DNA of 64,000 nucleotides from Candidatus Avelusimicrobium intestinale (GTDB lineage: Bacteria; Elusimicrobiota; Elusimicrobia; Elusimicrobiales; Elusimicrobiaceae): assembly GCA_902765225.1 (NCBI GenBank), contig CACWYV010000005.1, forward strand, positions 43,861 through 107,860. Direction: 5' to 3'. Within the stretch, counting starts at the first letter, position 1; each line of letters opens with the position of its first letter. Below the pieces are notes generated by a model. It was not told where the DNA came from, did no database searches, and worked only from the letters and a program-made list of their open reading frames with translations. The position numbers and the translations under genes were made by a program. Positions 19,056 through 28,875 of the stretch are shown piece by piece.

Positions 19056-21128
19056 GTCTTCTGTTACTTCCGCTTTGGGGAAATAGTGCTGTAAAATGGT
19101 TTTGTAGTCTTGTCCGGCTTCGGCGCGTCCGGCAGCACCGGTTTGGTCAAAGCCCACGCCGTGACCCCAGCCGCCACCGTAAAATACAAAGTATTTGGGT
19201 TTGCCGTTCTCGTAATTGGGTTGCACGATAAAATAACTACTGCGTAGCAGCCCTAAACTCAAGTTATTGCGAATGACATTTTCTTTATTTAGGGTGACTG
19301 TTCCGGTCGTTCCTTTCACGAGTAACTGGCTGACATAGCCCGAGCGCGAACGACGCATAGGAATGAGGGCCTTAATTTCGCCGATGTCTTTCTTTTGGCG
19401 TTTGATAATGTTGCGTAATTCCTTTTCTTCCACTACGCGGGCCCAACGGAAAGCCGCCATACTGACTTTTTTATTGTAGCGGCTATAGGCATCGTGATAA
19501 TATTGAAGTAAACTTCTAAAATGGTACGGTTGCAAATTTTCTAACGAAAAATCTTTGTAATCCGATACGGTATGTAAATAGGGGGTATCGTACCAACCGG
19601 CATCTTTGGCACTTTGGGTCATTCCGCCGCAATTGGCCGAAAATACACTCTCAATGAGTCGTCCGCGGTAGGTGAGCGTTTGCCCGGCGGTAGATTCTAC
19701 GGCGGCGTTGCCGCGCTCGCTTTCGTTTGTGACGCCGTGGTACACTTGACAATGTTGGTTGTCGCAAATATCATATCCGTATGTTTTAAACTGTCCCCGG
19801 TGTTTGAGGGCATACGTACGGGCCAGAATGGCCTGTGCCCGCAAGGCATCTATAGGAAATTTGGGCGGCATTTCGGAAGCCATCACACCGCGCAGGTATT
19901 CTTCCAAATTCAGTACATTAACGGGAATTAACGTGCCCAGCGGCGCGTGATAAATAATTTGCAATTGACCGCGGAATTCTTTATCATCCACACTGGCCCA
20001 AGTCATACCGGCCCCGCTCATCAGTTGTTTGACGATAATGGTATGGCCTTCTTCATTGGAAGGCGACTGGGGGGTAATTAAAACCGATTTTTTAAACGGA
20101 TATTTTTTTCCGTTGGGAGCCAGTAAATACGGCCCGCTTTTTTCTAACACGGCTGTCCAGGTACTGGGGGCTTCGGCCCGGACCAAGACTTTCCCTTTTT
20201 CATCCGTTGCCGTAAACGGGTGGGAAGGAATAAAACGTACCTTGGTGCGGTAGGGCGGTTTTCCGTTTTGGCGCATCCCTAGGCCTACTTTGATTTGAGG
20301 AAACGGCTTATCATCCAGTGAAATAACGGGTTTAACCAGTGTATGTAAATACCGTACGGGGGTTTGGGCTGGCGTTGGTTTAGGGGGCTCCGGCTTTTGT
20401 TTGGGCTTTAAGCGGGCAATGGCTTCTTTGACGGCAGGATTTGTTTTGTCCGAAGAATAAACCATTTTGTATTGACGGTACGCTTCGTTAACATCACCTG
20501 CTTTTTCCAACACATAGGCATAGTGTTTGCGGGCTTCTATAAATTGTTGGTCATAATCTACGGCTACTTTCAAATGCTTGACAGCAGCGGCGTAGTCTTT
20601 TTCTTCTTCATATAGTAGCCCGAGTAAATAATTGGAAAGCGGTGTATGTACTTTGCCTCCGGCGGCCCGTTTTAAATTGGATTTAGCAAGTTCTTTTTCG
20701 TGTAGTCCCAGTTGGGCGCGGGCCAGGTTGATATACAGCAATTCTTGGCGGCCCGGTTCCTCGGGTAATTGAGAAAGAAGTTGCTCGGCGCGTTTATATT
20801 GACCATCGGCCAGGTACACTTCGGCGGCGGTTTCCACGACTTCATTATCTTGTGGGAACAACCGTATGGCTTCGGCCGCCAAGCGGGTGGCTTGTGTACG
20901 TTCGTTTTGTTCCTGGGCAATAAAAATCGCGTTGAGGAAGGCCTCGCGCTGTTGGGTTTGCTCGGCCAATTGTATGTAGGCCGCCAATGCTTTTTGCGGT
21001 TCGTATGAAAAATATAATTCAGCCGCTGCCTGCATATCGGGTTGCGGCGGCGTATCTTGGGCCGTTGCCGATAAGGCAAGTAATCCCAGTAGCCCCATCC
21101 ATCCCATTTTTTTGGTGTAGTATTTCAT
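19047..21128 (-). CDS. TPR-containing SpoIID/LytB-domain protein (peptidoglycan hydrolase family)
   Basis: Signal peptide ending ATA-Q; TPR-like helices; LEEYLRGVMASEM, ALRAQAILARTYA, ICDNQHCQVY and GGGWGHGVGFDQTGA motifs. Exact start uncertain. Confidence 0.85.
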   Translation of the reverse strand: MKYYTKKMGWMGLLGLLALSATAQDTPPQPDMQAAAELYFSYEPQKALAAYIQLAEQTQQREAFLNAIFIAQEQNERTQATRLAAEAIRLFPQDNEVVETAAEVYLADGQYKRAEQLLSQLPEEPGRQELLYINLARAQLGLHEKELAKSNLKRAAGGKVHTPLSNYLLGLLYEEEKDYAAAVKHLKVAVDYDQQFIEARKHYAYVLEKAGDVNEAYRQYKMVYSSDKTNPAVKEAIARLKPKQKPEPPKPTPAQTPVRYLHTLVKPVISLDDKPFPQIKVGLGMRQNGKPPYRTKVRFIPSHPFTATDEKGKVLVRAEAPSTWTAVLEKSGPYLLAPNGKKYPFKKSVLITPQSPSNEEGHTIIVKQLMSGAGMTWASVDDKEFRGQLQIIYHAPLGTLIPVNVLNLEEYLRGVMASEMPPKFPIDALRAQAILARTYALKHRGQFKTYGYDICDNQHCQVYHGVTNESERGNAAVESTAGQTLTYRGRLIESVFSANCGGMTQSAKDAGWYDTPYLHTVSDYKDFSLENLQPYHFRSLLQYYHDAYSRYNKKVSMAAFRWARVVEEKELRNIIKRQKKDIGEIKALIPMRRSRSGYVSQLLVKGTTGTVTLNKENVIRNNLSLGLLRSSYFIVQPNYENGKPKYFVFYGGGWGHGVGFDQTGAAGRAEAGQDYKTILQHYFPKAEVTEDNK

Positions 21129-21181
21129 CCTTTTCATTTTAGCATATTTCCCGTCGTGTTCCGTTTTGGTATAATGAAAAC

Positions 21182-22099
21182 ATGACGTTACCCATTCCGG
21201 ATTGGTTGAAAGAAAAAGTCGGCCGTAACAAGGCCGCGTTACGCTCGGCGGAAGCATTACAGGCCGATGCGTCTTTAGCGCGCCGGGCCTTGCATACCGT
21301 TTGTCACGCGGCCCAATGTCCCAATCGGGGCGAGTGCTTTTCTTGTGGGGATGCCACTTTCATGATGTTGGGGGACCGGTGTACGCGCGGGTGCCGTTTT
21401 TGTGCGGTATCCCATGACAAACCTCTCCCGCCGGATGCGGGAGAACCCGGCCGCATAGCACAAGTGATAGAGGAATGGGGCATCCGCTATGCCGTGCTGA
21501 CCATGCCTACGCGGGATGATTTACCGGATGGCGGAGCCGCGCATATTGCCCGTGTGATCACGGCTATTCACACCCGTACGCCTGCCGTGCATATAGAGCC
21601 GTTAATTTCCGATTTGCAAGGAGATCCCAACGCACTGCACGGCGTGTTAGCTGCCCGGCCGGATGTATTGGCACACAACATTGAAACGGTGGAAAGCCTG
21701 TACCCGCAGGTTCGGCTGGGGGCTCAATATGCCCGTACGTTGCACGTGCTGGAACACAGTAAGGTGTATGCGCCGTCGGTGTTAACAAAATCGGGCTTTA
21801 TGGTGGGACTCGGAGAGACGGAAAGTCAAATCCGTCAGGTATTTCAAGATTTGCGTTCGGCAGGGGTTGACTTAGTCACGGTGGGGCAATACCTGGTACC
21901 GTCTGCCCGTCATTATCCGGTAGCGCGCTACCCCGAGCCGGCAGAATACGAACAATGGCAAGCGTATGCGTTGTCCTTAGGGTTTAAGGGGGTGGCGTGC
22001 GGGCCGTTGGTACGTAGTAGTTACCGGGCGGGGGAATTATACTGCACAGCTTGCCAACGGGAGCATAGGGTGCAAAATTTAAATGCGGATAAGGTATAA
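21182..22099 (+). CDS. lipA: Lipoyl synthase
   Basis: CxxxxCxxxxxC (CHAAQCPNRGEC), CxxxCxxC (CTRGCRFC), RDDLPDGGA and RSSYRA motifs. Confidence 0.93.
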   Translation: MTLPIPDWLKEKVGRNKAALRSAEALQADASLARRALHTVCHAAQCPNRGECFSCGDATFMMLGDRCTRGCRFCAVSHDKPLPPDAGEPGRIAQVIEEWGIRYAVLTMPTRDDLPDGGAAHIARVITAIHTRTPAVHIEPLISDLQGDPNALHGVLAARPDVLAHNIETVESLYPQVRLGAQYARTLHVLEHSKVYAPSVLTKSGFMVGLGETESQIRQVFQDLRSAGVDLVTVGQYLVPSARHYPVARYPEPAEYEQWQAYALSLGFKGVACGPLVRSSYRAGELYCTACQREHRVQNLNADKV

Positions 22100-22106
22100 T
22101 AAAACT

Positions 22107-22451
22107 ATGTGGAAGAAGGGGTTACTGGTAGGAAGTATCTGTTTTTTATCTGCGTGTGCGGGTAATCCGCCGGAGTGGTGGAACCCGGGTGGGGTGTATT
22201 CTCCGAAACCACCGGTTGTTTCTACGGTTCGGAAACAACCGTTGCCGGTTGCGAAACCGCGCCCGACCGTTTTACCGGTCCATACCAACGAGGAGCAGCC
22301 CTTGTATATAGCGGATGATTCATACGAAGAAATGCCGCTTACTCCGCTGTATGATGAAGCCCAGGAAGATGAATCGGGCGATTCGTCGGCCGAAGTGCTT
22401 GTGTCGGGGCAGGAGATGACTCTCTCTTCGCCCAGTATTTTGGCCGAATGA
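22107..22451 (+). CDS. Small lipoprotein, hypothetical
   Basis: MWKKGLLVGSICFLSA-C lipobox; P-rich then acidic tail. Confidence 0.65.
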   Translation: MWKKGLLVGSICFLSACAGNPPEWWNPGGVYSPKPPVVSTVRKQPLPVAKPRPTVLPVHTNEEQPLYIADDSYEEMPLTPLYDEAQEDESGDSSAEVLVSGQEMTLSSPSILAE

Positions 22452-22515
22452 AAGAAGGACTCTTCCGGTCAAACAACTTCCCGCAACGGGCGTAAAATAA
22501 GGTAAAATAGTATAT

Positions 22516-24831
22516 ATGCCCAAATATTATTACGCCGCTAAAAAATCCCGTAAAAAATCTAAGAACAAAGCCTCTGCCGGGTGGATACGCTCGGTAGGAT
22601 GCATTTTGGGCGGGGCCGTGTGTGTATGGTTATTCTACGTTTTGTGGATTAACGGTCAAAGCGGTTCTGTGGGGAAACGTACGTCGGAGTTTTTGTTTCA
22701 ACTGATTGGCCAAGCCGCCGGTGTATTGCCCTTGCTGTTAGCGTATTGGTTGGTACAAACGGTACGTAAAAAAACGGCTTCCTTTTTGTTGTTCCTAATC
22801 GGGACGGCTTTTACCTTGTGTGCGTGTGCGGCGTTATTAACCGGTTTAAAACTCATATTTACCGAATCTTTATTAAGCGGGGGCAAGGTTGGGACAGAAA
22901 TCTTTTTTGCGGTCAAAGGAGTGGCCGGCGGAGTCGGGGCAGCTTTATTTGCGGCGGCTTTTTTACTCGTCGGGTTACAGATTTTGTTCGCTATTCCGTG
23001 GACGGTAGTGTTTCAAAAAACGGCGGAGTTTATTCGGCAAGATTTTAACGGTTGGTTAGAAGCCCGGGCCGAACTCAGGCAACAAGTGGCCCAAGCGCGT
23101 TCGTCAGACAAAAATCAGCCGTTGCCCGCGTCCGGCCCGGCTACGCCTATCCCGGCAGCGGAAGAAATCCGTCAAATGCCCGAAATCCACCGGGCTAAAC
23201 CGGTGGTTCGTCGTCCAAAAGCAGAACCCATCACGGCATTGCCCCGGCGCGAAGAATCTGCCTCAGAGCCGGCTCTTGAAAAACCGGTGGACGAAAACGG
23301 AGAAGTCAAAAAATTTGATCCGGCTACATTTCAACTCCCGTCGTTAGATTTGCTACACGACCCGAAGGGAGACGGAGTGGTTGGCCCGACGGATGAAGAA
23401 ATCGCCCAAGCTACCAAACGTTTGGAAGATACCTTAAAAAATTTTGATGTCCGCGCGCATGTGACAGGGGTTTCCCCGGGGCCTGTGGTAACCCGGTATG
23501 AAATTCAGCCCGATGCCGGGGTGAAGATGTCTTCTATTACGGCCCTTACGCAAGATATCCAAGCCAGTATGCAGGCGCGTTCCATTCGCGTGCAGGCACC
23601 TATTCCCGGCAAAAGTACACTCGGCTTTGAAATTCCCAACGACCGTTCCGTGACGGTGACGATGAAAGAAATTTTACAGTCACCTGTCTATGCCCAATCC
23701 CGAGCAGTTTTACCCATTGCGTTGGGACGTTATGCCAATGGCGATCCGGCGGGTACTATTGCCGAAAAATGGCCGCATATGTTGATTGCCGGGGCCACGA
23801 ATAGCGGTAAGTCCATTTGCGTGCACACGATTATCATGTCCATCTTGTTTAAGCACCGGCCGGACGAAGTGAAGTTTTTGTTGATTGATCCCAAACGGGT
23901 GGAACTGACGTTATATGAGGGGATTCCGTACTTGTATGATCCGAAAACCTCTTGCGATGATGCGGATATTATCACCAAAGCATCTGATGCGGCAAAGTCG
24001 TTACAGATGTTGGTCAAGGTAATGGAGAAGCGGTTGGATTTATGCCAACTGGCTAAAGTAAAAAATATTGAAGGCTATAATCAATGGGCCGCCCAAAATA
24101 ACGAAGAAAAAATGTTTTATATTTTTGTCATTATTGATGAAATGGCCGATTTGATGCTGCAAACAAAAGCCTCTATTGAAGATTCTATCCAACGTTTGGC
24201 CCAAATGGGGCGGGCGATGGGGATTCATTTAATCTTGTGTACGCAACGTCCTTCCGTCAAAGTGGTAACGGGTATCATCAAGGCCAATATGCCTTCGCGT
24301 ATTGCGTTGCAAGTGGCCTCTGGGATTGATTCCAAAGTCATTTTGGACGGCGTAGGGGCGGAAGATTTATTAGGCCGCGGGGATATGCTGTTGTTGGATT
24401 CTTCTACCCAAACGCCGCTTCGTATCCAAGGTGCGTATGTGGCACCGGATGAAATCAAGGCGGTGGCCGATTTCCTGCGTGCGCAGGGCGGGCCGGATTA
24501 TCCGGTTCAGGTAGCCAGTGAACAACCGATGCCTAACGGCCGTCCGCAGGACGGGCTCGGAACGAAACCCGAGGAGCAGTTACAGGCACTACGGCTCATC
24601 AAAGAGCGTCGCCGGGTATCGCAAGATTTACTCAAAGCGCATTTTGGCTCGTCGGCGCGTGCAACTAATATGCTTAGCGTACTGGAAATGCGCGGTTATA
24701 TTACCAAACCGGAAGGGTCCAACCGGTGGGAAATTCACTACGATTTAATTGATCAAGGGATTGAAGAATTGGAGAGTCTGCCGTATGAAAAAAATTATCA
24801 GGAAAACACCTATGAAACTGTCTATAAATAA
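22516..24831 (+). CDS. ftsK: DNA translocase FtsK
   Basis: N-terminal TM domain; GPVVTRYE, HMLIAGATNSGKS, IIDEMADLM, TQRPSV and GAEDLLGRGDML motifs. Confidence 0.95.
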   Translation: MPKYYYAAKKSRKKSKNKASAGWIRSVGCILGGAVCVWLFYVLWINGQSGSVGKRTSEFLFQLIGQAAGVLPLLLAYWLVQTVRKKTASFLLFLIGTAFTLCACAALLTGLKLIFTESLLSGGKVGTEIFFAVKGVAGGVGAALFAAAFLLVGLQILFAIPWTVVFQKTAEFIRQDFNGWLEARAELRQQVAQARSSDKNQPLPASGPATPIPAAEEIRQMPEIHRAKPVVRRPKAEPITALPRREESASEPALEKPVDENGEVKKFDPATFQLPSLDLLHDPKGDGVVGPTDEEIAQATKRLEDTLKNFDVRAHVTGVSPGPVVTRYEIQPDAGVKMSSITALTQDIQASMQARSIRVQAPIPGKSTLGFEIPNDRSVTVTMKEILQSPVYAQSRAVLPIALGRYANGDPAGTIAEKWPHMLIAGATNSGKSICVHTIIMSILFKHRPDEVKFLLIDPKRVELTLYEGIPYLYDPKTSCDDADIITKASDAAKSLQMLVKVMEKRLDLCQLAKVKNIEGYNQWAAQNNEEKMFYIFVIIDEMADLMLQTKASIEDSIQRLAQMGRAMGIHLILCTQRPSVKVVTGIIKANMPSRIALQVASGIDSKVILDGVGAEDLLGRGDMLLLDSSTQTPLRIQGAYVAPDEIKAVADFLRAQGGPDYPVQVASEQPMPNGRPQDGLGTKPEEQLQALRLIKERRRVSQDLLKAHFGSSARATNMLSVLEMRGYITKPEGSNRWEIHYDLIDQGIEELESLPYEKNYQENTYETVYK

Positions 24832-25564
24832 AATGCTTTTTGGGGCGGGATTGGCGTTCGCCCTAGCCGCCTGTTCTAACGGGGCGGACGAAGTGATACA
24901 ACCGTCTGAACTAATTGATGACAATGACGTGGAATTGGTCACCGAGACGGTGGTGGAACCGTTTCAGGCTCCGGCTCCGGAAACGTTGCCGGAACGTCCT
25001 AAACCGCAGGTCAAGCAACTTTCTCCGGATGAAGAAGTGGATTTATTTGTCAAATGGGACCAGAATTTGCGCTTTTTAACGGCTTCGTTTGTACAGACTA
25101 CTTGGTATGACGGGGTACAGGTTAGCCGTTCGCGGGGTTCGTTGGCGTATGATAAAGCCAATCAGTTATTGCGGGTGGATACGCTGAAGCCCAACGGAAC
25201 GCTTGACCAATCTGCTGTTACCAATAAACAGGAGATTTATATTCTGGATGAAACCGGACAGAAAGTAACTTCGTTGGCTTGGAAAGATTGGCAAGAGGGG
25301 CAACCGAATAAAGCCCTGTTTGATTTTGGGAATTACGGTGATTTGCTAGCTAAACATCACGTAATTGTGCGGGCGCCGCATCAGCTGACCCTGATGCCGA
25401 AGGGGGGCGAAAAATATACGTTGTATATTACGTTGTCCCCGGAAGATCACTTCCCTACGTCTATTAAAATTGTGTCGGATTTAATGGTAACGCAGGCCGA
25501 TTTGACGTCTGTTCAAAAAAATAATCCGTTAGGATCTTCCACGTTTGGGGGATATTTTCAATGA
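24812..25564 (+). CDS. lolA: LolA-like outer-membrane lipoprotein carrier, itself carrying a lipobox
   Basis: LTASFVQTT...SRGSLAYDK pattern; classic position downstream of ftsK; LAFALAA-C. Confidence 0.6.
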   Translation: MKLSINKMLFGAGLAFALAACSNGADEVIQPSELIDDNDVELVTETVVEPFQAPAPETLPERPKPQVKQLSPDEEVDLFVKWDQNLRFLTASFVQTTWYDGVQVSRSRGSLAYDKANQLLRVDTLKPNGTLDQSAVTNKQEIYILDETGQKVTSLAWKDWQEGQPNKALFDFGNYGDLLAKHHVIVRAPHQLTLMPKGGEKYTLYITLSPEDHFPTSIKIVSDLMVTQADLTSVQKNNPLGSSTFGGYFQ

Positions 25565-26184
25565 TGACATTGGCCAATAAAATCACGCTCACGCGTGCGG
25601 TGATGTCTGTCGGCATGTTTCTGCTGATTTTATGGCCGTATGCCTGGGCACGTTTGGTGGCTACACTCATTTTTATTGTGGCAGCCAGTACCGATTGGGT
25701 GGACGGAAAAATTGCGCGTGAAACCCACACCATTACACCCTTTGGTGCCGTGGTGGACCCGTTTGTGGATAAGATTCTCGTTATAGCGGCCTTTTTCGCG
25801 TTTGTAGGGATACGGGAATTGGACGTGCCGATTTGGGCTGTGTTCTTTATCCTGCTGCGGGAACTGATGATTTCTACGTTGCGTGCCATTGCCGCTTTAG
25901 AAGGCAAAGTAATGGCGGCGGAACGGTGGGGTAAATTTAAAACGGTTATCCAAATGTCGGCCATCGGCACGATTTTCTTTGTGTTAGATGTGTATCACTT
26001 GGCGCATTTGTTTGGGGGCGCTACACAAACGGTGTGTATTTTTCTGTTTGTTTTGCTGCGCAAAGTTCCTTATGCCATCACAGCCGTAGCTGCGGTGATT
26101 ACGTGGATTAGTGCCATTTCTTATTTACGCAATAATTGGGAATTATTGAAGAAATCGTGGAGTTTGCCCGTATGTCCCAAATAA
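25561..26184 (+). CDS. pgsA: CDP-diacylglycerol--glycerol-3-phosphate 3-phosphatidyltransferase
   Basis: LANKITLTR and TDWVDGKIAR...FGAVVDPFVDK motifs. Confidence 0.93.
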   Translation: MMTLANKITLTRAVMSVGMFLLILWPYAWARLVATLIFIVAASTDWVDGKIARETHTITPFGAVVDPFVDKILVIAAFFAFVGIRELDVPIWAVFFILLRELMISTLRAIAALEGKVMAAERWGKFKTVIQMSAIGTIFFVLDVYHLAHLFGGATQTVCIFLFVLLRKVPYAITAVAAVITWISAISYLRNNWELLKKSWSLPVCPK

Positions 26185-26654
26185 TCCGCTGTTTGGCAAC
26201 GGGGTGTTTTGTCAGTTATTTGCCGCCGTTGTTGTTTCCTTTTAAAAAGAACACCGGGGCCGGTTTTTTGGGTACTTTGTGGGGTGTTGGGTTAGTGTGT
26301 ATCTTCCCCACAGATTACGTGCTTTATGCCGTGTGTATGTTGGCGTTCTGGGTAGTTGCAGTATGGGTCTGTAAAAAGGTACAATTTAAAGGAAGTACGG
26401 GGCACGATAATCCTAAGATTATCATTGACGAAATGGCCGGTTATATTACGGCGATGATTTTTTTGCCCCACCAGTGGCCTTATCTCCTGGCGGCATTTGT
26501 GTTGTTTCGCACATTTGATACGCTCAAACCGGGGTTTGTAAAAACGTTTGACCGGATGGAGAATGCGTTTGGTGTCGTGTTTGATGACGTAGCGGCGGGA
26601 TTGTTGGCCAATGTGCTTATTCAACTTTTTGTTATTTTAATTAGATGGGTGTAA
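26172..26654 (+). CDS. pgpA: Phosphatidylglycerophosphatase A
   Basis: HDNPKIIIDEMAG, FRTFDTLKP and GVVFDDVAAG motifs. Confidence 0.9.
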   Translation: MSQIIRCLATGCFVSYLPPLLFPFKKNTGAGFLGTLWGVGLVCIFPTDYVLYAVCMLAFWVVAVWVCKKVQFKGSTGHDNPKIIIDEMAGYITAMIFLPHQWPYLLAAFVLFRTFDTLKPGFVKTFDRMENAFGVVFDDVAAGLLANVLIQLFVILIRWV

Positions 26655-26678
26655 ACCCAAAAAGGAGCGTGTAAAAAT

Positions 26679-27323
26679 ATGCACTTTTCACTGAAAGAAA
26701 TACTTAACGCAGGGGGGCCCATTCTCATCCTGCTGGTCTTATTATCTATTTACTCCATTACTGTGATGTTAGAGCGTTGGGTAAAGTTGCGCGGGGCTAT
26801 CGGTATGTCGCGCAAATTAATGCTATACTGCCAACAGCCCATCCGAACCGAAAATTACCGCAAGATTGAAGACGCTTGCCACAAAGATATCGTCAAACAT
26901 ACGCCGGCCGCGCATCTGCTTAGTGAATTAACTGCCGCCCGGACGCGCACCCCGGAAGAACAGGAGAAAATTGCGGAAAATATCATTGATTGGGAAACGG
27001 CTAAGTTGCAACACCGCCTGTCTGTACTGGGAACCTTGGGTAGCATTACGCCGTTTATCGGATTATTTGGAACGGTTATCGGGGTTATGCACGCATTTAA
27101 AGATTTGGCAGCCAATGCGACGGCAGCGGCGGCAGGTGCCTCCGTGGTCGCGGCGGGTATTGCCGAGGCGTTAGTAAATACGGCCGCCGGTTTGTTCGTG
27201 GCGGTTCCGGCGGTCATTGCGTATAACTATTTCTTATCCCAAACCAATTATTTTGCTAAAGAGTTGGACGGCTTGGCCAGTTACTTTATTCACAAAACCA
27301 GCCGGTATGATCACAACGGGTAA
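26679..27323 (+). CDS. MotA/TolQ/ExbB proton channel protein
   Basis: LGTLGSITPFIGLFGTVIG and GIAEALVNTAAGLFVAVPA motifs. Confidence 0.93.
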   Translation: MHFSLKEILNAGGPILILLVLLSIYSITVMLERWVKLRGAIGMSRKLMLYCQQPIRTENYRKIEDACHKDIVKHTPAAHLLSELTAARTRTPEEQEKIAENIIDWETAKLQHRLSVLGTLGSITPFIGLFGTVIGVMHAFKDLAANATAAAAGASVVAAGIAEALVNTAAGLFVAVPAVIAYNYFLSQTNYFAKELDGLASYFIHKTSRYDHNG

Positions 27324-27328
27324 TCTCC

Positions 27329-27733
27329 ATGCGCACGCAAAATAAAAGAACGGTAATGGCAGAAATTAACATGGTGCCTTTCATAGACATCACGTTGATT
27401 TTGCTGATTATTTTTATGGTGATGAGTCCGATGTTGGTGCAAATGCAGTTAACCGTGGATTTGCCCAAGTCGCATTCAGTCAGTACACAGGCGGAGGACG
27501 ACGTCATCCGCATTGAGATCCAAAAGAACGGTACGATTACGGTGCAAAATCAAGTAATCACCCAAAAGAATTTAGAACGGGAACTCATCTTACGTTTAGG
27601 CAAAGCCAGTAAGAAGACGATTCTTGTTCAAGCCGATAAAGATGTTCCCATCCAGCAAGTGGTGGACGTATTTGATACCGCTAAAAAACTGGGGGCGGCC
27701 AAATTAGGAATTGGAGTCCTGGCGAAAAACTAA
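27329..27733 (+). CDS. ExbD/TolR family protein
   Basis: AEINMVPFIDITLILLIIFMV and ILVQADKDV motifs. Confidence 0.93.
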   Translation: MRTQNKRTVMAEINMVPFIDITLILLIIFMVMSPMLVQMQLTVDLPKSHSVSTQAEDDVIRIEIQKNGTITVQNQVITQKNLERELILRLGKASKKTILVQADKDVPIQQVVDVFDTAKKLGAAKLGIGVLAKN

Positions 27734-28389
27734 TGATCCGGTATTTTGCATTTTCCAGCGGGTTACACGCATTAGCCTTACTCATGGCCCTGTTTTTCTT
27801 TTCGGGTTCATCGGGGCAGGTTTCTGCTACGTACACAATTGATTTTATCGGTTCGGGCAAGGTAGTGGCCACGACCGGTCAGGAGACTGCTAAAAAGGCA
27901 GCCCCCAAGCCGGCTCCAAAGCCCAAAGAAAAAGCCACCAACCGCAAGGCTTACACGGCTAAATCGGAAATTGCAGCGAAACCTAAACCCCAACGCAAAC
28001 CCAAACCGTTGGCTACCCCGAGTATTTTGAACGAGGAAAAGGCCAATCCGACGGCAGATGATAATCCCAATGCTTTTGGCGGGGGAGATATCAAAACCGA
28101 TTTTGCCAACTTCCCGTATCCGTGGTATATTACGCAGGTACGCAATTCGTTGTGGATTGAGTGGGAAAAACGCCGCCCGGTGGGAAGCACATTGGGGACG
28201 TTGGTTACGTTTGTGATTGTCCGCAACGGAAATATCAAGAATTTGAAGACGGCCCGCAAGTCAGGGGATGATGCTTTTGACTTTGCGGCAACTTCGTCGG
28301 TAATGAACGCGGGGCCTTTCCCGCCTTTGCCGATGTATTACGAGAAAGACGAATTATCCATTACGGTGGAATTCAAACAGGAGCAATAA
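27733..28389 (+). CDS. TolA/TonB C-terminal domain protein
   Basis: N-terminal anchor with SxxLH, K/P-rich linker, YITQVRNSL...W...SGDDAFDFAA...AGPFPPLP. Confidence 0.8.
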   Translation: MIRYFAFSSGLHALALLMALFFFSGSSGQVSATYTIDFIGSGKVVATTGQETAKKAAPKPAPKPKEKATNRKAYTAKSEIAAKPKPQRKPKPLATPSILNEEKANPTADDNPNAFGGGDIKTDFANFPYPWYITQVRNSLWIEWEKRRPVGSTLGTLVTFVIVRNGNIKNLKTARKSGDDAFDFAATSSVMNAGPFPPLPMYYEKDELSITVEFKQEQ

Positions 28390-28391
28390 TT

Positions 28392-28871
28392 ATGAATGGA
28401 TGGCATCGGTTCGGTATTTTATTACTGTGTTGTTTTGTGGTAATGGTGTGTTTCCCCAACTATGATTCTATGGGTTGGTCTTTTATTGGTATTACCGTTT
28501 TGGGTTGGACGATCGCTCTGTTGGTAATTACGTTAATAACCAATGTGTTTGGCTTGAACCGAGTGGAATGGTTTAACCGGATTGCCACGTTGGTAGTATT
28601 ACTGGGGGTATTGTACACGCTGTTATGGCATTTCCCGCAAACGGATAAAGTTTCTCCTATCAATCGGTTAAAATACGGGGAATACCCCACCAAGGCGGAT
28701 GTGAACCGGGGACTGAAGCGTTTGACTTTTAATTTTGATTTCGTACGCCGGAATGTGGGCCGAGAAGAAAATTACAAGAACCAAGAATTAGAGCCCAAGA
28801 AAAAGCAGGAAACTACCCAAAAGGCTCCGTTAAAAGAAACAACGGATAGAATGGATGTAACCGTAGAATAA
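28392..28871 (+). CDS. Hypothetical membrane protein
   Basis: Three hydrophobic segments; in operon with the tol genes. Confidence 0.6.
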   Translation: MNGWHRFGILLLCCFVVMVCFPNYDSMGWSFIGITVLGWTIALLVITLITNVFGLNRVEWFNRIATLVVLLGVLYTLLWHFPQTDKVSPINRLKYGEYPTKADVNRGLKRLTFNFDFVRRNVGREENYKNQELEPKKKQETTQKAPLKETTDRMDVTVE

Positions 28872-28875
28872 GTAC

